Positions 20,098-33,222 of a DNA stretch of 64,000 bases are shown here, in pieces. Both the position numbers and the translations under genes were made by a program. Positions within the stretch are counted from its first letter, which is position 1. Every line of letters starts with the position of its first letter. Origin of the DNA: Podarcis muralis (Eukaryota); assembly GCF_964188315.1 (NCBI RefSeq), contig NC_135655.1, forward strand, positions 78,058,001 through 78,122,000, written 5' to 3'. The notes under the pieces are model-generated. The model did not search any database, was not told where the DNA came from, and was given only the letters and a program-made list of their open reading frames with translations.

Positions 20098-22682
20098 CTC
20101 TAACTCATCAAGGGTTTAAGACCCATCAGCTACCCTCACCTGACTTAGCCGGCTAGTTGAACCCATTCCTGGTGTGTGGCCACTGTCACATGCTAACAGC
20201 CTATAGAAGCCACAGGTGAGAGCTGAGTGGGTTGGGGCGAAAGGTGGACAAAATACCCAAGAAAAAGCACAACGCTTCCCCCAAAAGAGGTACTACCATG
20301 ACTACAAAGAAAACACAGTAGAGAAGAATGCCAACCTGAAAAGGCTTGCACAAGCTAGAGAAGGAAAATGAGTAGAGAGTTACTGGAAACTAATCTATGG
20401 CTTGGAACTCTAGAAATATTGTGTGTGCTTTTCTGGAATGAAGCACATTAGATGCCAATGTCAGAGAACTATACTGTACTCAGATTCTCAACGTAGTTAC
20501 ACAGCATCTGCAAGTCACATCATGAGCCAATGGACAAACAGAAACCCTACGTGGCAAGGAAAACAAAGTAGTACAAAACAGCAGGTCAGCCAAGGACAAC
20601 GACACTGACAGCTGTGCAAGTTCACTTGCGCTTTCCCATCAATAGTCTAAAGGTAAGCAACTCTTTGAAGGCACCCTGTTTTTATCATAACCTGCAATAA
20701 ATGTTAAAAGGTTAATAGATTAATAGGCTTTACTCAAACCTAGAACAACCGGTTGTTTCTTTTAATGAAAGAACAGGTATATTTTAATGCAAAGCCATAT
20801 GGGTATGCAGAGATGCTGTTCTCTTTTCCGAAATCTGCAAGCTTCTCATTCACTTCTAGGGGGCAACATAATCAATGTGGCATGCCCCAAGATCCTTTGC
20901 ACCAAACTGGTACAGAATGCTGTCTGCAACTCAGAAGTGATATGCTGGTATTAGTAATACCCATCCCAGAGAAGGTGGCTAAGACTAAGGGGTTCAGGAC
21001 ATGACTAGAGAAAGCAGAGAGGCTCCCCACTTTAAGTCAGCTGGCCTCTCCCACCACAGGCATGCTGGTAACAGCAAGGTTCTTAATGCTCCTTGAGGTT
21101 ACAAATTTCTTGCCTTGATTAGAACTGGTATTTCTCCATGGGGTGAATCATAAAATCTAGATAAGAAGTGTACTCCTGATACTGAGCATTGTCAAATTAC
21201 TGTAAGAGTAGTGGTCATAAAGAATTATCTATTATCTATGTGTTCCTTAGAAAGAACAGACACTAGTTAATAATTACCGCTTCAGTGTGGTTGCTGCCCC
21301 ATATGTTGCATATGTTAACAGTGAGACCACACAGAAGGTGTCTATTGTTGCCTCCAATGTCAGAACCACTTGGAGTACAGTTTCCCCATTACATACATTA
21401 CCACGACAGCATGGGAAGCAGCCATGTAAATGCAACACCCATTTTATTAAGGTATGAACTGGCCATAGGTCAGAATGCACACACAAGATCCAGTATGAAA
21501 ATGCTATCACATTAGATTACTCATAAAAGCGGTTAATAATTTTCAGAATAAGACAATGGGACCACCCCTTCCTTGTTGTAATAGAAACGGGGCTTAGCGT
21601 CTGCAGGACATGCTGAAAAGTAAGTTGTGTTTGTTTTTAACTTCACGATAGATAGTAGTAATTTCAATTGCATTTCAAAGCAGTTTTCCTCAGGCTTGTC
21701 CTTCACTTATAAATATCCCACTTGAGAATAAAGGAAGAGAACTTTGGCTTTACAACTTTGGGTGTATGCACATAATTCTTAAGAGACCACTGCAAATATT
21801 TCTCAAGTTTCAGATATGCAAAGAAAGAGATAGCAGAAAGAATGACAGATTTGAAGAAACACGCACCAAACCACTTTGATTATTTAACTTTTTATGAGTT
21901 CCTTTCACTGGTTTACAGAATTCTCCAATAAACAGAAAAAAATCAATAGTTATTCTCTGTATTTAAATAGCCTCATTTTGTAAAAGAATGAACTGTGTTT
22001 CCCAAGTACTCAACATAATTACTATGTTACTCCAAAAGAAACAAAAAGGGCGAGAAACCATGGGTATCATGCCAAGGATGGCAGGCACACTGATTAATTT
22101 ACTGGACGAACAAATCTAACAAGCACAAAAAACATTCAAGTCTAACAAATGTATTATGACATAATTGGTTAATCTCTAAGGGAGGACAAACTCTTGCTTG
22201 TATCGGCTACAAAGAGTAATATGGCAACCCATGTGGAAGTCTAACAGGAGATAGAAAGATGTCTAGAACTAAACTTTACTGTCAAATATCAGAATACCCA
22301 ATTTTATAAAAAGGTTATATAAAAGGAAAATAACTGACTTCCATGAAATATGTCCCCAGATCCTTGGAGCTGGCAGTGAAGACGACTTATCTACAACAAC
22401 AGGGCACGCTGCTACTTTTGCTTTTGTACAACTAGGTATTTTCCAGAAGCAATTACTGCAAGCAGGAAGACAGCGTCTACTACAGTATTTCCGTTTCTAG
22501 CAACGCAAGAAAACATACTTGACCTACAACGAGTTCCCAAAATAGTGCCTTCTTGTGCCTTTTCTTCAGTCCGGCCTCTCATCCCCACCCCCCGTTTTAT
22601 TAGGCCCTGGTGATTTAATTTTATGGAGTCATGCAATATGTCATCTGAAAGGCACTTCTGCAAAGCAGCGTACTCCTTGAAA

Positions 22683-22747
22683 CCCCGCCCTTCCTCCACA
22701 GCAAAGAAAGATCACATGACGGACTCAGAAAAGTAGGCAAAAGGTTA
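22683..22747. promoter_or_regulatory. Candidate CPT1A intron-1 enhancer: GC box, E-box and DR1/PPRE-like site
   Basis: CCCCGCCC (22683-22690), TCACATGAC (22712-22720), AAAGT-AGGCAA-A-AGGTTA (DR1 22735-22747). Confidence 0.4.
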
Positions 22748-25217
22748 CGCTGATGCACACAGCACACCACCAAACTACAAAAGCTCCGCTTGCCTTTCAC
22801 GCTCTAGCCTTGATTCTGTTTCAACATCCCAATTCTTAGAAATGGGAAGCACCATCAATGTCCCAAGAAAACGATAAAGCACTTTGAATGGCTCACACAT
22901 ACAAAAGGAAATTCACAGTACGACTAAAATACAGCGCTTTCTTAAAGACAAGCTAACCCAGCAGCAAATTCAACCCTCAGATTTATAAAAGTATAACATG
23001 GATATACAATATGGGGTGCAGGGAGTGAGAGAATAGGATACACTTCCCTCTCTTGTGCCGCTCATTTCTTGATTATGTCCTTGTCCTGCACCCAAATACT
23101 ATTCTAGGTCCCAGGGCTTTCAAAAGGACACACATCCATATAACCTTGCATAGGATTAAAAATTCATATAGCACAATCCTATGCATGTTCACTCAAAGAC
23201 CTACAAAGTTCAATGAGACTCCCATTGTGGATGGAAGAGAAAAGCATGAAAACCTTTTCTGGGAGGTTTCTTGTAACATCTAGGCTTATTTTTACCATTC
23301 TTTCTTTCTCAGCATCATGCACTTCGGGTGTCCACCACTCAACTTTGGGAACAGCATAAAGTGCTACCTACCCTTCTTAAAACACAATGCATTCATGAGA
23401 TGCCCCCGCTTTTCAAATGCTTCATTGTTATGGCCCCCAGCCTCCCTATGCCAAGTGTGCATTGTCTGGTGAAATACTTTATGTATAGCCAAGTACGTGG
23501 AAGGCTAAAATCCCACCCTCCCACCCACCTCTGATCAGTGCCAGCCTGAGATATTTTGCTACCGTAGGCAAAGGTCCTGACAGCACCCCAACGTCCGCCC
23601 TCCCCACCTCTGGATCCCCACTCCATCCCCACCACTGCAATTATACTCTCACCAGCGACTGTGCCCACACTGCCTCCACAATGCAGTGGCAAGGGCACAG
23701 CAGGCAATGGTGCTGTGCCAGCGGTGTGGGAGGAAGCAGTGGGACTAGCTGCGGCGCTTCAGTGGGAGCAGGGAGTGGGTTGGATCTGCCGCCTGAGGCA
23801 AATGGTTTCACTTTGCCTCATGCATGGGCCACCCCTGCTGCTGCCACCTTCAAATCTCCCCTGCCTTGAATTCAGCACTGTTGACATTTCAAGGTAATCC
23901 ACAGTTTTCAAGTCTGGTTTTTGCACAGAAATGGGAAGATCCAATGTGTAAGCTTCCACCTGCCCTATATTAGAATGAAGTGTTTCAGGACTTTCAAAAC
24001 CTCACGCTAAGATGGTCATTGGCTCCTCTGTTGCAGAGGTGATGCGGCTAGGTCACAGAAATCTCAAGCATTAGTAAGCAGTGAGCACTTGGCTTAATAC
24101 ACATTTGATGGCACTGCACATGTGTTAACACCACAATAACTACTTTTTATTTTGTCCATACTAAGACTATTCCTAACCTGCAGCTATGTGAGGAATCGAT
24201 TACATGCTTGCAGCTAATATTGGAGACACTTTCCATTTAAAGGTGTGAGAAACAGGATCCTGCTTATACTACCTCACCCAGCTATTCCAGTTATACTAGA
24301 ACTACCACATTGCTCACGGCAATTTATCCCAAATGTATAGGGCCATGGTCAGGGGGTTGGCGCAGTAAATGATTTTAAAAGAAAATGTTTAGAAATTCCT
24401 CACAAGAGCCCACTAAGAAGCCATCATAATGTTCTCTAAGCAGTAGCCAAGATATAAGCTCAGCCATTATTGTGAGAAATTCATATTAAAACAAAAGCTT
24501 CCTTAAAACCAAAGTTTGCATAATGCCCTGTGTTTCTTCAGTATTAAATGAAGGTCTACAAGTTCCTGCAAGGCTCAGATTCTTGGCAATATGCACAGCC
24601 GCAGGCTCCAGAATTACAGCATTAGTGGTTTATAAGGATAGGTTTACCTGTACACAATGTCCAAAAGATTATGTATTGTTTACCCAATTCCAAAATACAC
24701 CCCCACTGCTGTCAACTCATTGCTGAAAGCAATGTTCTCAAGAGGTGCAACCAGTTCATTTTTTCCACTATTTGTATTGTATAGCGCTGCCCTTCCTCTG
24801 CAAAATGCACCCTAGGGAAACAGAGGGTTGAACTGTACTTGGGAAACATTCTTTATTATGAAAACTACAGCTGCAATTCTACACTTACTTATCTGGGCTC
24901 TTGAACCCAACGGGCTTACTTTTGAGACTGAACTATAAACTACCCAGTGATTTTAAGGTGTGTGTGGGTTTTTTTTTACATAAACAATTTGATTGCCTGA
25001 CTTCTAATGAAGTTTCCCCCAAACCCCCCCCCCCCAATGTTTGTACATCACTGTATGTCATTGATAATATCAAAGGGTATAATCTCCTGTCAAGGTGAGA
25101 CAACATTTGTTCATTATATGTTGTCAGCCACTCCTTAGAGAAGACCATATTGTGAGCAACCTGGACTTTAAGAGACTACAACGGAGCACTGTTTGCTCAG
25201 TAGTTATAATATAATAA

Positions 25218-25277
<60 letters not shown>
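25218..25277. repeat. (AAT)n microsatellite
   Basis: About 20 AAT units. Confidence 0.95.
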
Positions 25278-25402
25278 TATTATTTATTATTTGTACCCCG
25301 CCCATCTGGCTGGGTTTCCCCAGCCACTCTGGGCAGCTTCCATAGAAACCAAAAAACACTAAAATATCATACATTAAAAACTTCCCTGAACAGGGCTGCC
25401 TT
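25278..25402 (-). mobile_element. Non-LTR retroposon 3' tail (L2-like) abutting the (AAT)n tract
   Basis: GTACCCCGCCCATCTGGCTGGGTTTCCCCAGCCACTCTGGGC...AAAAACTTCCCTGAACAGGGC; related sequence at about 40870-41030. Confidence 0.45.
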
Positions 25403-25689
25403 AAGTTCTTACTTAGTGGGAAAAGGTTTCACTCCAATGCAAAATACCAGCTAACTTCAAGTAAAAGCTGGAAGGAAAAATAGTATTTTAATAGCACAAG
25501 CAAAAGTCCTGCTGTGTTCAGCTGGGCTTGCCTCCAAGTTAAGGGTACACCACGCAAAACTTCAGTCTAAATTTTCGTTTCCTAATCTTGGACAGGGCTC
25601 GATGAGCTCAAGGGGAGCAAAGAGTTCTGCTCCGTTAGGCAGCAGAAGACCCTCCTCCTGTCCCAGCTTGCTGCATTAACGGAAGGAAG

Positions 25690-26780
25690 ATTATAAACCG
25701 CGATTCTCCAATGGCCCCTCTTGCACACCCAGGAGCCAAGTTACTCCCCACCCTGGGATGTCCTTCCTCCGCTAAGCGCCAGGGAGCCGCGGAAGAGGAA
25801 GGCGCTCACGTGGGAAGGGACTCTCTCGCGCACGCCGTCTCTCTCTCCTAGACAGTTCCTCAGACGGCGAGCGGAGCAACCCCCAGGCACGGGAACCCCC
25901 GGGCACTCCCCGCCCCAGTATCGTCGCCCCCTCCGGGCCTCGCGTGCTCCTCTAGGTGTGCGCGGGGCCACCCTCCCTAAACGAGAACCGAAAGACACCA
26001 ACCGCGGGGGGGGGGGCGAAAGACTCAACTTACGGGCTATCCGGCGAGGAGGGAAAGGGGCGCCTCCTCGCAGGCGGCTGTGAGGAGACGGAGAGAGTGC
26101 GCGAGGGAAGCCCGCGCGCAGTGCAGCACCCTGGAGCGCCGCCGCTGCTGCTACCGGCTGGGTCCGGATTGGCCGAGCTGTCAGGAGAAGGGCGGGGCCG
26201 GGGCCGAGAAACGGGAATTGCCGCTCCGGGCTGACTGGGCGGGGAAGGAGGAGGCAGAGGCAGCAGCGGGCGCAAAGTGCGAAGCCGGAGGAGGAGGCGC
26301 GGCAGGGGCGCGTTCGGGCAGGGCGAAGGCAGCAGCGGGGCGGAGCTCGGAGGAGCTGAGAGGGAGGAGGGAGGCGGCCTCTGCCCACGCGCGCGCCTCC
26401 CAAAGAAAGAAAGCAAGCGGGGCTCTTCTGGGCTTGGAAGGAGAGAGGAGGGCTCCCTCTTTCTCATACCGGAGCGCGCCTGCACTACTGGTAGTCCAAG
26501 GGAAGAGAGCCTCTTTTCCAAGCCTCTTTTCTCTCCCCGCGGAGGAAGCGGCACAGTCCCGCAGTCCCTCCTCAAAGCCCCGGGAATGGAAGCGTGGCGC
26601 TCCTGGGCCTGGCGGGGCGGGAGGCGAGGAGGCTTCGGTGTGGAAAGGCAGCGAGCTGCCGGCCTTGACACGGGAGAAAGGCTCTGGGCCTCCGCCCAAG
26701 CTGGGCACTCCAGAAAATGAAGCCTTTCGCGGTGCTGAGGAGGAGAACTGCTTTCCCCGACTGCTGCTCAGACATGCCAC
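25690..26780 (-). promoter_or_regulatory. CpG island / TATA-less CPT1A promoter
   Basis: About 1.1 kb GC- and CpG-rich block in an AT-rich background; minus-strand CCAAT (26168-26172); GGGCGGGG boxes at 26190-26198 and 26237-26244; lies upstream of CPT1A exon 2. Confidence 0.85.
26034..26160 (-). other. CPT1A: Candidate non-coding exon 1 of CPT1A (5' end approximate)
   Basis: CCC|GTAAGT donor (26033-26028) inside the CpG island, just downstream of CCAAT and GC boxes; CPT1A has a non-coding first exon; an alternative GTGAGC donor lies near 25810. Confidence 0.5.
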
Positions 26781-28969
26781 GCTTAATTGTGTCATGCTAG
26801 TAAGGCAGGATAGCATACATGCACAAAGCAATCTTAACCCCCCCCCCCCAGTGTAGAAAGTGCGATTTTTGTAGCTTGCAGCAGAAGAGCAGTGATTAAA
26901 GCATTATAGCCAGATGGATGGAATGGATGAAATGAGAACCCACCTGGATCCTCTCCGTATATGAAAACTTCTTTGTACTTTAAATAATAAGAGCCCTGAA
27001 ATGCGATCCTTAAATTACATTTAGGGACCTCCGTTTAGGGATCGCCAGTGACCGTCAAATACAATGAGGGCATGACAGTCTGGATTAGAGGTTGGGTGAA
27101 CCATTGTCCTCAGAAGGAAGACAAATGCTTCTGATTCCTCTGTTGAAAAGTGTAGTAGAAACTATTGTCATGGAATGTGGATTTGTAACTTCAAAGTACA
27201 GTGTTTGCCTGTCATTTGTGGTTTGAGTAAAATAGTGAAATGGGGTAGCAGACTGAAGCAAACCCCACATTAATACCATCGCTATGGGCCCATTCACAGC
27301 CCCTGCAAAAGGTAGATCTGTGTTGTGTGATAAGAGATCTACAATGCTCTTCTAGATCTTTGGGAGTGCATATCCTATCAGCCCCAGTCAGCATTGGACT
27401 GGCTTGACTAGGATGGATGGGAGTTGTAATCCAAAACATTGGGGCATTTGAACCATCGTCTCCCAGATTCTGGACCAACACTCTAGATTGTAGGGGTGGT
27501 TCGTTGGTTTGGAGGAGATAGTTGGGACATCTTCCCATGTGAGGGGTTGGGGCTCTTTGGTCCTGCTCTAAGAGCTGTCTTTTGCTCTGAGGTGGCTGAG
27601 AATATTTTGAGGAATTTTAGTTTTCTGAAGAACACCACATTCCACAACCAGAATCACACAGGTGGGGGGGGGGCATGGCGTGAGAAAGCTGACTGAAGTG
27701 GACCCCATATTAACACCATGGCTGAGAGCCAACTCCTAGGCTTCTCTGTCCTTGAACTAGTTTAATTGCCCACAATACAAGAATCAATGCAATGTACCAT
27801 GGATAGACATTTCACCTTGGGTGACTTCACAGTTTACATGTTTCCAGAGAATGAAATCAAGTTTATTAGCTCTTATGAGCAAGTAAGTTTTTATTTTGCC
27901 TAGCTAGTATAAACATCACAATAATTTCTTATCTATTAAACCCATTTTCCTATTTGCAACAGGCAGTTACAGTTCAGAATTAGGATGTCGCCATAGCAAC
28001 GTACCTTGTAATGAATGACCTGTTTGGAAAGTAGATTGGCATTAACTGAACTGTCACGCTTGCTCAAGAATGTAGGTCAAAGGTACTGGAATTGTTCTAG
28101 TACTTGCTCAGCTACTTAGGTTAATAGGTTTTTCTATAAATCTGTCAATATGCAAATACTGCATGACGCCCTTTCATGAAATTACAGGAAACTGCTAGAG
28201 AACAACATTACAGCTTCTCCAATGGACGAAAGAGTTAAAAGTTTGAATTGTAAAATGTGAGTTAGCTGCAGTTAGCTGCAAAATGTGGCCACTGGCAAAT
28301 ATAGTAAGAGTGACTTATCACACTTATATCTAATGCATACCACTCAGAGGCCATTGAGCCTTGTCTGACATTGTCCTTAGGCCATACTCTGAGCCTGAGA
28401 GGTTGAAAGTCTTGTATTTGTATAGGCCACTGGCCATAACATTTTGAAATGCCTCTCTATGCCTTAGTAGAACGTGGCCTAGGTGATGTTTGGGATGCTC
28501 TTGGTTTTGCTGCAGAATGGGGCAGTGCACCCAGGATGGCAGATGTAGGGAGTCTATGACTCTCCAGAGCTTGTTGACTACAACTCCCATCTGTCCCGAC
28601 CACAAGCATTGGCTACGCTGGCTGGGGCTAATGGGAGAAGGAGTCCATCAACATCTGGAGTAGCATAGGTTCCCCATCCCTGCACACTTTGGGACAAAAT
28701 AGCCACGTGGAAAATCCAGCTACATTGTGTGATCAACATCTGCTAGAAGCTTTTCTTGTGTTATATGTGTACACTGTCAGCAGGTTACTATGATTTATGT
28801 TCTAAGCATGCCAAAATAATAATTGCAAACTAAACAAAGAAATAAAACACACACAACCTCATCCCCAATGCTCTGTTACGTTTGAGGTCTTAACCTACAA
28901 ATGCCTGCCTTGTAATGTCAACCCACCATTATACATGAAAAAAGGATGATGCCTTATACAGTACTGGCC

Positions 28970-29125
28970 CACCCAGCTCAGTATGGTCTATACTGACTGG
29001 CAGCAGCACTCCAGGGTTCCGGACGGGGGACATTCCCAGGCCTACTTGGAGATACCATTGGGGACTGAGCCTGGGACCTTCTGCATGCAAAAGGTGTGCT
29101 ATATCGCTCAGCTACAGCCCTTCCA
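28970..29125 (-). mobile_element. tRNA-derived squamate SINE, degraded
   Basis: Minus strand GGGCTGTAGCTGAGCG...TTGCATGCAGAAGGTCCCAGGCTCAGTCCC head; related copies near 48010-48140, 52980-53095, 63075-63150 and 63655-63800. Confidence 0.6.
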
Positions 29126-32100
29126 CTAAATATTCTAGTTCTTGAGGTTCTGAATAAAGAGCTGATTTAAATAGGAACACAGGAACATGCCTCCTACTGA
29201 GCCTGGCTGCTGATCTATCTAGCTCAGTATTATTGTTTACACTGATTGGCAGCCACTCTTCAGGGTTTCAGGCAAGGCGTGTTCCTGGTTCTACATGGGA
29301 GAGCCAGAGCTCTTCCACTTGTGGCTTTGATCAACCTCCAGTGCAGTGACTACACACACCCTATATTTCCTATTAATCTGTTGCCAAGTTTGATGCTTAT
29401 CTAGGATAATCTGGTTGTGAACCAGAGCTCTGTGGGTTACCATGTCTCATTGCTCCCCTGCCTATTTATCCTTCTGTTATTGGTCTTTGCTGAGCTTTGG
29501 AAACATGGCGATTATTTGCTCCTACAACCTGGAACATGGTGACTGAGTACCCACACAACCTGAAGACAGCCCCTGGGAAGCACAAGATTGAGGCAGACCA
29601 CATGAAGATATAATCAGCTGTTGATCTGCTATTACTGCTAAGTGCTGTGTCTTTTTGAGAGCTTTCTTCATGCATCAGCACCCCAGCCAAAGTGATGAGT
29701 TGGTTGCACTTGAAGAGTTACACACCAATGCACACACCACAGCAGTATCTGCATCATCATCACAAAAAAGCAACTGCATAGTCATGCATGCTACTTGGGA
29801 GCCCGTCTTAGGCAGCCTAGCCTGCATGCTTGTCAAAAATACTGTGGGGGCGTGGAGAGAGAGAAACAACTGATTCCTGACTTTGCCCTCACTGCCCTCC
29901 CCAAAGGAAAGTGCCTGCTTTCACTCAAGCAGATTAAAGAACAAATTGCCTTAAAAATGTTTTTATGGAAAGATTTTCATGGATAATAAAGGCACATATA
30001 ACGTCTCTGTTTTCAGTTCATAGAGTCCTGCCTACAGATCAGTTACACTTGATGTGAGACATTGCTGTCATAGGCTATGTGAGGTTGGGCAGGGGGAGAA
30101 AGGGGGGGGGGTAATGATTTTTCCTGCTTTTGCATAGTTTGTGGTCAGGGTTTTGTGTCATTGTCATGTGGATAGGTTCCTCATCAATTTGTTTATTAGT
30201 TTTTGTTGGTGGTGAGAGAGATGGAGAGCCCAAGGCATGGTTGGTTGCAGAACAAGTTGCCTTTTAAAGAGTAGGACTCAGCCCTTGCAGACATGCGGGG
30301 TGGGGGAGAGTGCGGTATGGAGATGTTCCCCCCCCCCCGTTTCATTTTATTCATTTTCAATTATCACAGGGCTCCACTTCTACTAGTCTCCCATATGAGC
30401 AGAATGCAAAGGGTTAGTAAGAGCATTAAAATACCTTCGGGCATTTAACAAAGTGACAAAGTCATAGGGATGGAATTAATGTCTGCAATTCACTCTTGAC
30501 TTCTTTGCAAACAGCAAAAGGACAATGCCAGCCAGTAACACTGCTTTAAACTACTTTCTACAGCTGCTGGTTTGCCATCAATACCTGTACTTGTGGCAAA
30601 TGTCATCATCCAAAGAAACCAGAATGAATCCCCCACCCGTTTCGCCAGGAAGCAATAGCTGCCTGGGCTGTTTCTGAACTATAATGCAGCCAAAACCTAG
30701 ATCAAGGTAATGACAAATAAAACGCCACTCCAACTTAATAATGAAAGCTGCAGCTGATGTTGCAGCTAAATCCCATTAGCCACTGTATTCTTGCCAGCCT
30801 TTTATGTAGTTTAGGAAGCAAATCCTTTAAACAATTATATCTTTGGAAGAGGTAAAAATAAGGCAGCATGGGTGAAAGAATGGGAACCTTTCAAGAGTCT
30901 TCTTGCACCCTGGTCCTTACGTGCACATGCTTGCTAGAAGTAAGTCCTACTTAATTTTACGTGGCTTCACTGTCAAGTAGCTGTGCATCCCACAATACAT
31001 GAACTAGCAATATCAGGACACACACACACACACCCTGCTGCAAAGCTAGAGGTGTCCTGATTTCTACTGTGTACATATGTGGGGCTCTCATCCCTATCTG
31101 CCTTCACAGCTTCCCCTCTTGCAACTAGCAACGGGAAAGCACCACTGGGACTCACAGGGTTGTTTAGGTGGATGAAAGTCCTCATGCTTACCTATGTTTT
31201 GGGTTTTTAAAATAAAAATAAAAATGGGATGGCTATTTCGTTTATTCAGCCGTATCTAGGGAGATTATGAGACAGGAGGAGCTGGAGTTGGAAGAGTGCT
31301 TGGAAGCTCTATTGCCAGAAGGGTGGGAGCTGGTGGTGACTCAGGGAATCATTCATAGGGTGGAGGACATTTGTCAGAGTGAACTGTAAGCGTGCCAGCA
31401 GATGCCACAATATGCACCGAGGAGCTCCTGGTATATAAGTCCTTTACCCAAAAGATCATATTTGCTTTCTATCCTTTTCCATTTCTACCCGTTGTACTTC
31501 CACTTCTGGATTGTCAAGTAATTGGTTTCACATGGCATGGGAAACACAGGACTAACTGTTCACTGTCTGCAGAATGAAATATGTGAAATAGCCCGAGGAA
31601 ATCCTTTTTGTTGTTGCCTAAGGGCTGAACTACATGTGACTATTAAATACAGTACATCTTTGCATCTAACATGCAGGTGGGTTTTTAGTTTCTTTTTCTT
31701 TTTAAAAAAATGCAGATTGCTCCAGTGGGGGTGGGAGTAACTTAACCCTTTTCTCGCCATCTTCCTTCCTTACCAAATTTCCTCTTTTGAAGCGGATATT
31801 CCTCTTCTGAAGTGGATAATTCTAATCAAAATTATAGATAAATGCTGCCAGGCTTCTCCAGCAGCAAAGTCGAGCTGGGATGGGGAAGTAGAAATCTGTC
31901 ACCTCATCAGTAATGTTATGCTACCCTCACACAAATTCTTTGAAACACTTCTGAAAATCCCACATCCATGGTTGCCTTCATGAAAGTGGGGAGATAATGT
32001 AATGTCTTGTTTTGCTCTAAAGGCCTCACTGAAACTCTTGCTGAGTGCTGTGGAACTTCAGAATCTTCAAACCTTGTTGCTCTGATTGTGCACTGGCAAA

Positions 32101-32377
32101 AGTTGTTTAATGTTAACTTCTTATTTACTGTGAAATTCTCACTGAATTACTTTGAACTACATGACCAAATCAGAAGACCGGTGTCACTTCCAGGCAGTGC
32201 CTTTCTTTTTTGGCAAAATAAGTAAATGAGGTGCTGGTTCCCACTTCTCGATAAAAGGCTGGTGGGTGCCAGCACAAAATGGCTGCCCTGGGCAGGAAAA
32301 CAGAGGTAACAGTACTCTGTACCAGTGAGTATATGGAGACATGGGAGCTCTTTGCCACACAAGCCTAATGAGTTGCA

Positions 32378-32545
32378 ATTAGTGCTCCTTTGGTGTAATG
32401 CTTCGGACTGGGGAGATCCAGGGTTAAATTTCACTCAGCCATAAAGCACATACCTCACAGGGTTGTTGTGAAGATAAACTAAGGCAAAGGAGAACTATGT
32501 ACACCGTCTTAAGCAGCTTGGAGAAAAGGTGGAATATAAATGTAA
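32378..32545 (+). mobile_element. MIR/CORE-like SINE fragment
   Basis: tRNA-like head followed by ACCTCACAGGGTTGTTGTGAAGATAAA core-like segment and GGAATATAAAT tail. Confidence 0.55.
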
Positions 32546-32702
32546 CAATCTTCTTTGGCGATCACTCGTAGCTGAGTAAGATTGTCTTTCATAAACACTG
32601 TTTTCAAAAGTGAGTCCATAAGTGACTGTGGAGGCCAATTCTGGATCCATATGTCCTTCCATAGTAGGGACATAGGTTTCTGGGCAGGAGTTGATCATGG
32701 TG
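32545..32702 (-). mobile_element. 3' end of an RTE-clade LINE
   Basis: Minus frame LLPRNLCPYYGRTYGSRIGLHSHLWTH resembles a decayed RTE C-terminal C2H2-like motif; followed by a short 3' UTR and AAGAAG tail. Confidence 0.65.
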
Positions 32703-32980
32703 AGACTTTAAAATGTAACAATAATACTTATAAAATGGCAGGTGCATATTTGCTGAAACACGTACCTTCCTTGAAAGTTGGTATGTATGTCCATAATATG
32801 CCAATCCTGCCTCCCCACCCCAAACCTTTTTCTTATTAATACCTACCGGTACATGAAACAGTTTTTGGACAAAAATATCAGCAGGTTGTTAGGTAGTTCC
32901 TAGTGCCATCTAGTGGACAGAATCATAATGAAATTGCTTGATGGTAACCCATACTTCACAGTGGGAAGGAATACGGTATA

Positions 32981-33222
32981 CAGTGGTACCTCAGGTTACA
33001 TACGCTTCAGGTTACATACGCTTCAGGTTACAGACTCCACTAACCCAGAAACAGTACCTCGGCTTAAGAACTTTGCTTCAGGGTGAGAACAGAAATTGTG
33101 CTCCGGCGGCGCAGCAGCAGCAGGAGGCCCAATTAGCTAAAGTGGTGCTTCAGGTTAAGAACAGTTTCAGGTTAAGAACAGACCTCCGGAAAGAATTAAC
33201 TACTTAACCCAAGGTACCACTG
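32981..33222 (+). mobile_element. Tigger/pogo-like MITE, 242 bp
   Basis: TA-flanked CAGTGGTACC...GGTACCACTG; close match to the 15402 copy. Confidence 0.88.

Noticed and set aside
23565-23577. DR1-like TAGGCA-A-AGGTCC in CPT1A intron 1
   Set aside because: It appears to lie within a degraded repeat-like segment (about 23540-23870) and both half-sites are imperfect.
25721-26856. Several long overlapping ORFs (up to 258 aa) on both strands
   Set aside because: They fall in the CpG island, where stop codons are rare; products are low-complexity Arg/Gly/Pro/Ala with no recognisable domain.
31774-31821. 48-nt AG...GTAAGG-bounded minus-strand segment encoding (E)LSTSEEEYPLQKRKF(G)
   Set aside because: No recognisable homology, weak polypyrimidine tract and no partner exons found; likely chance.
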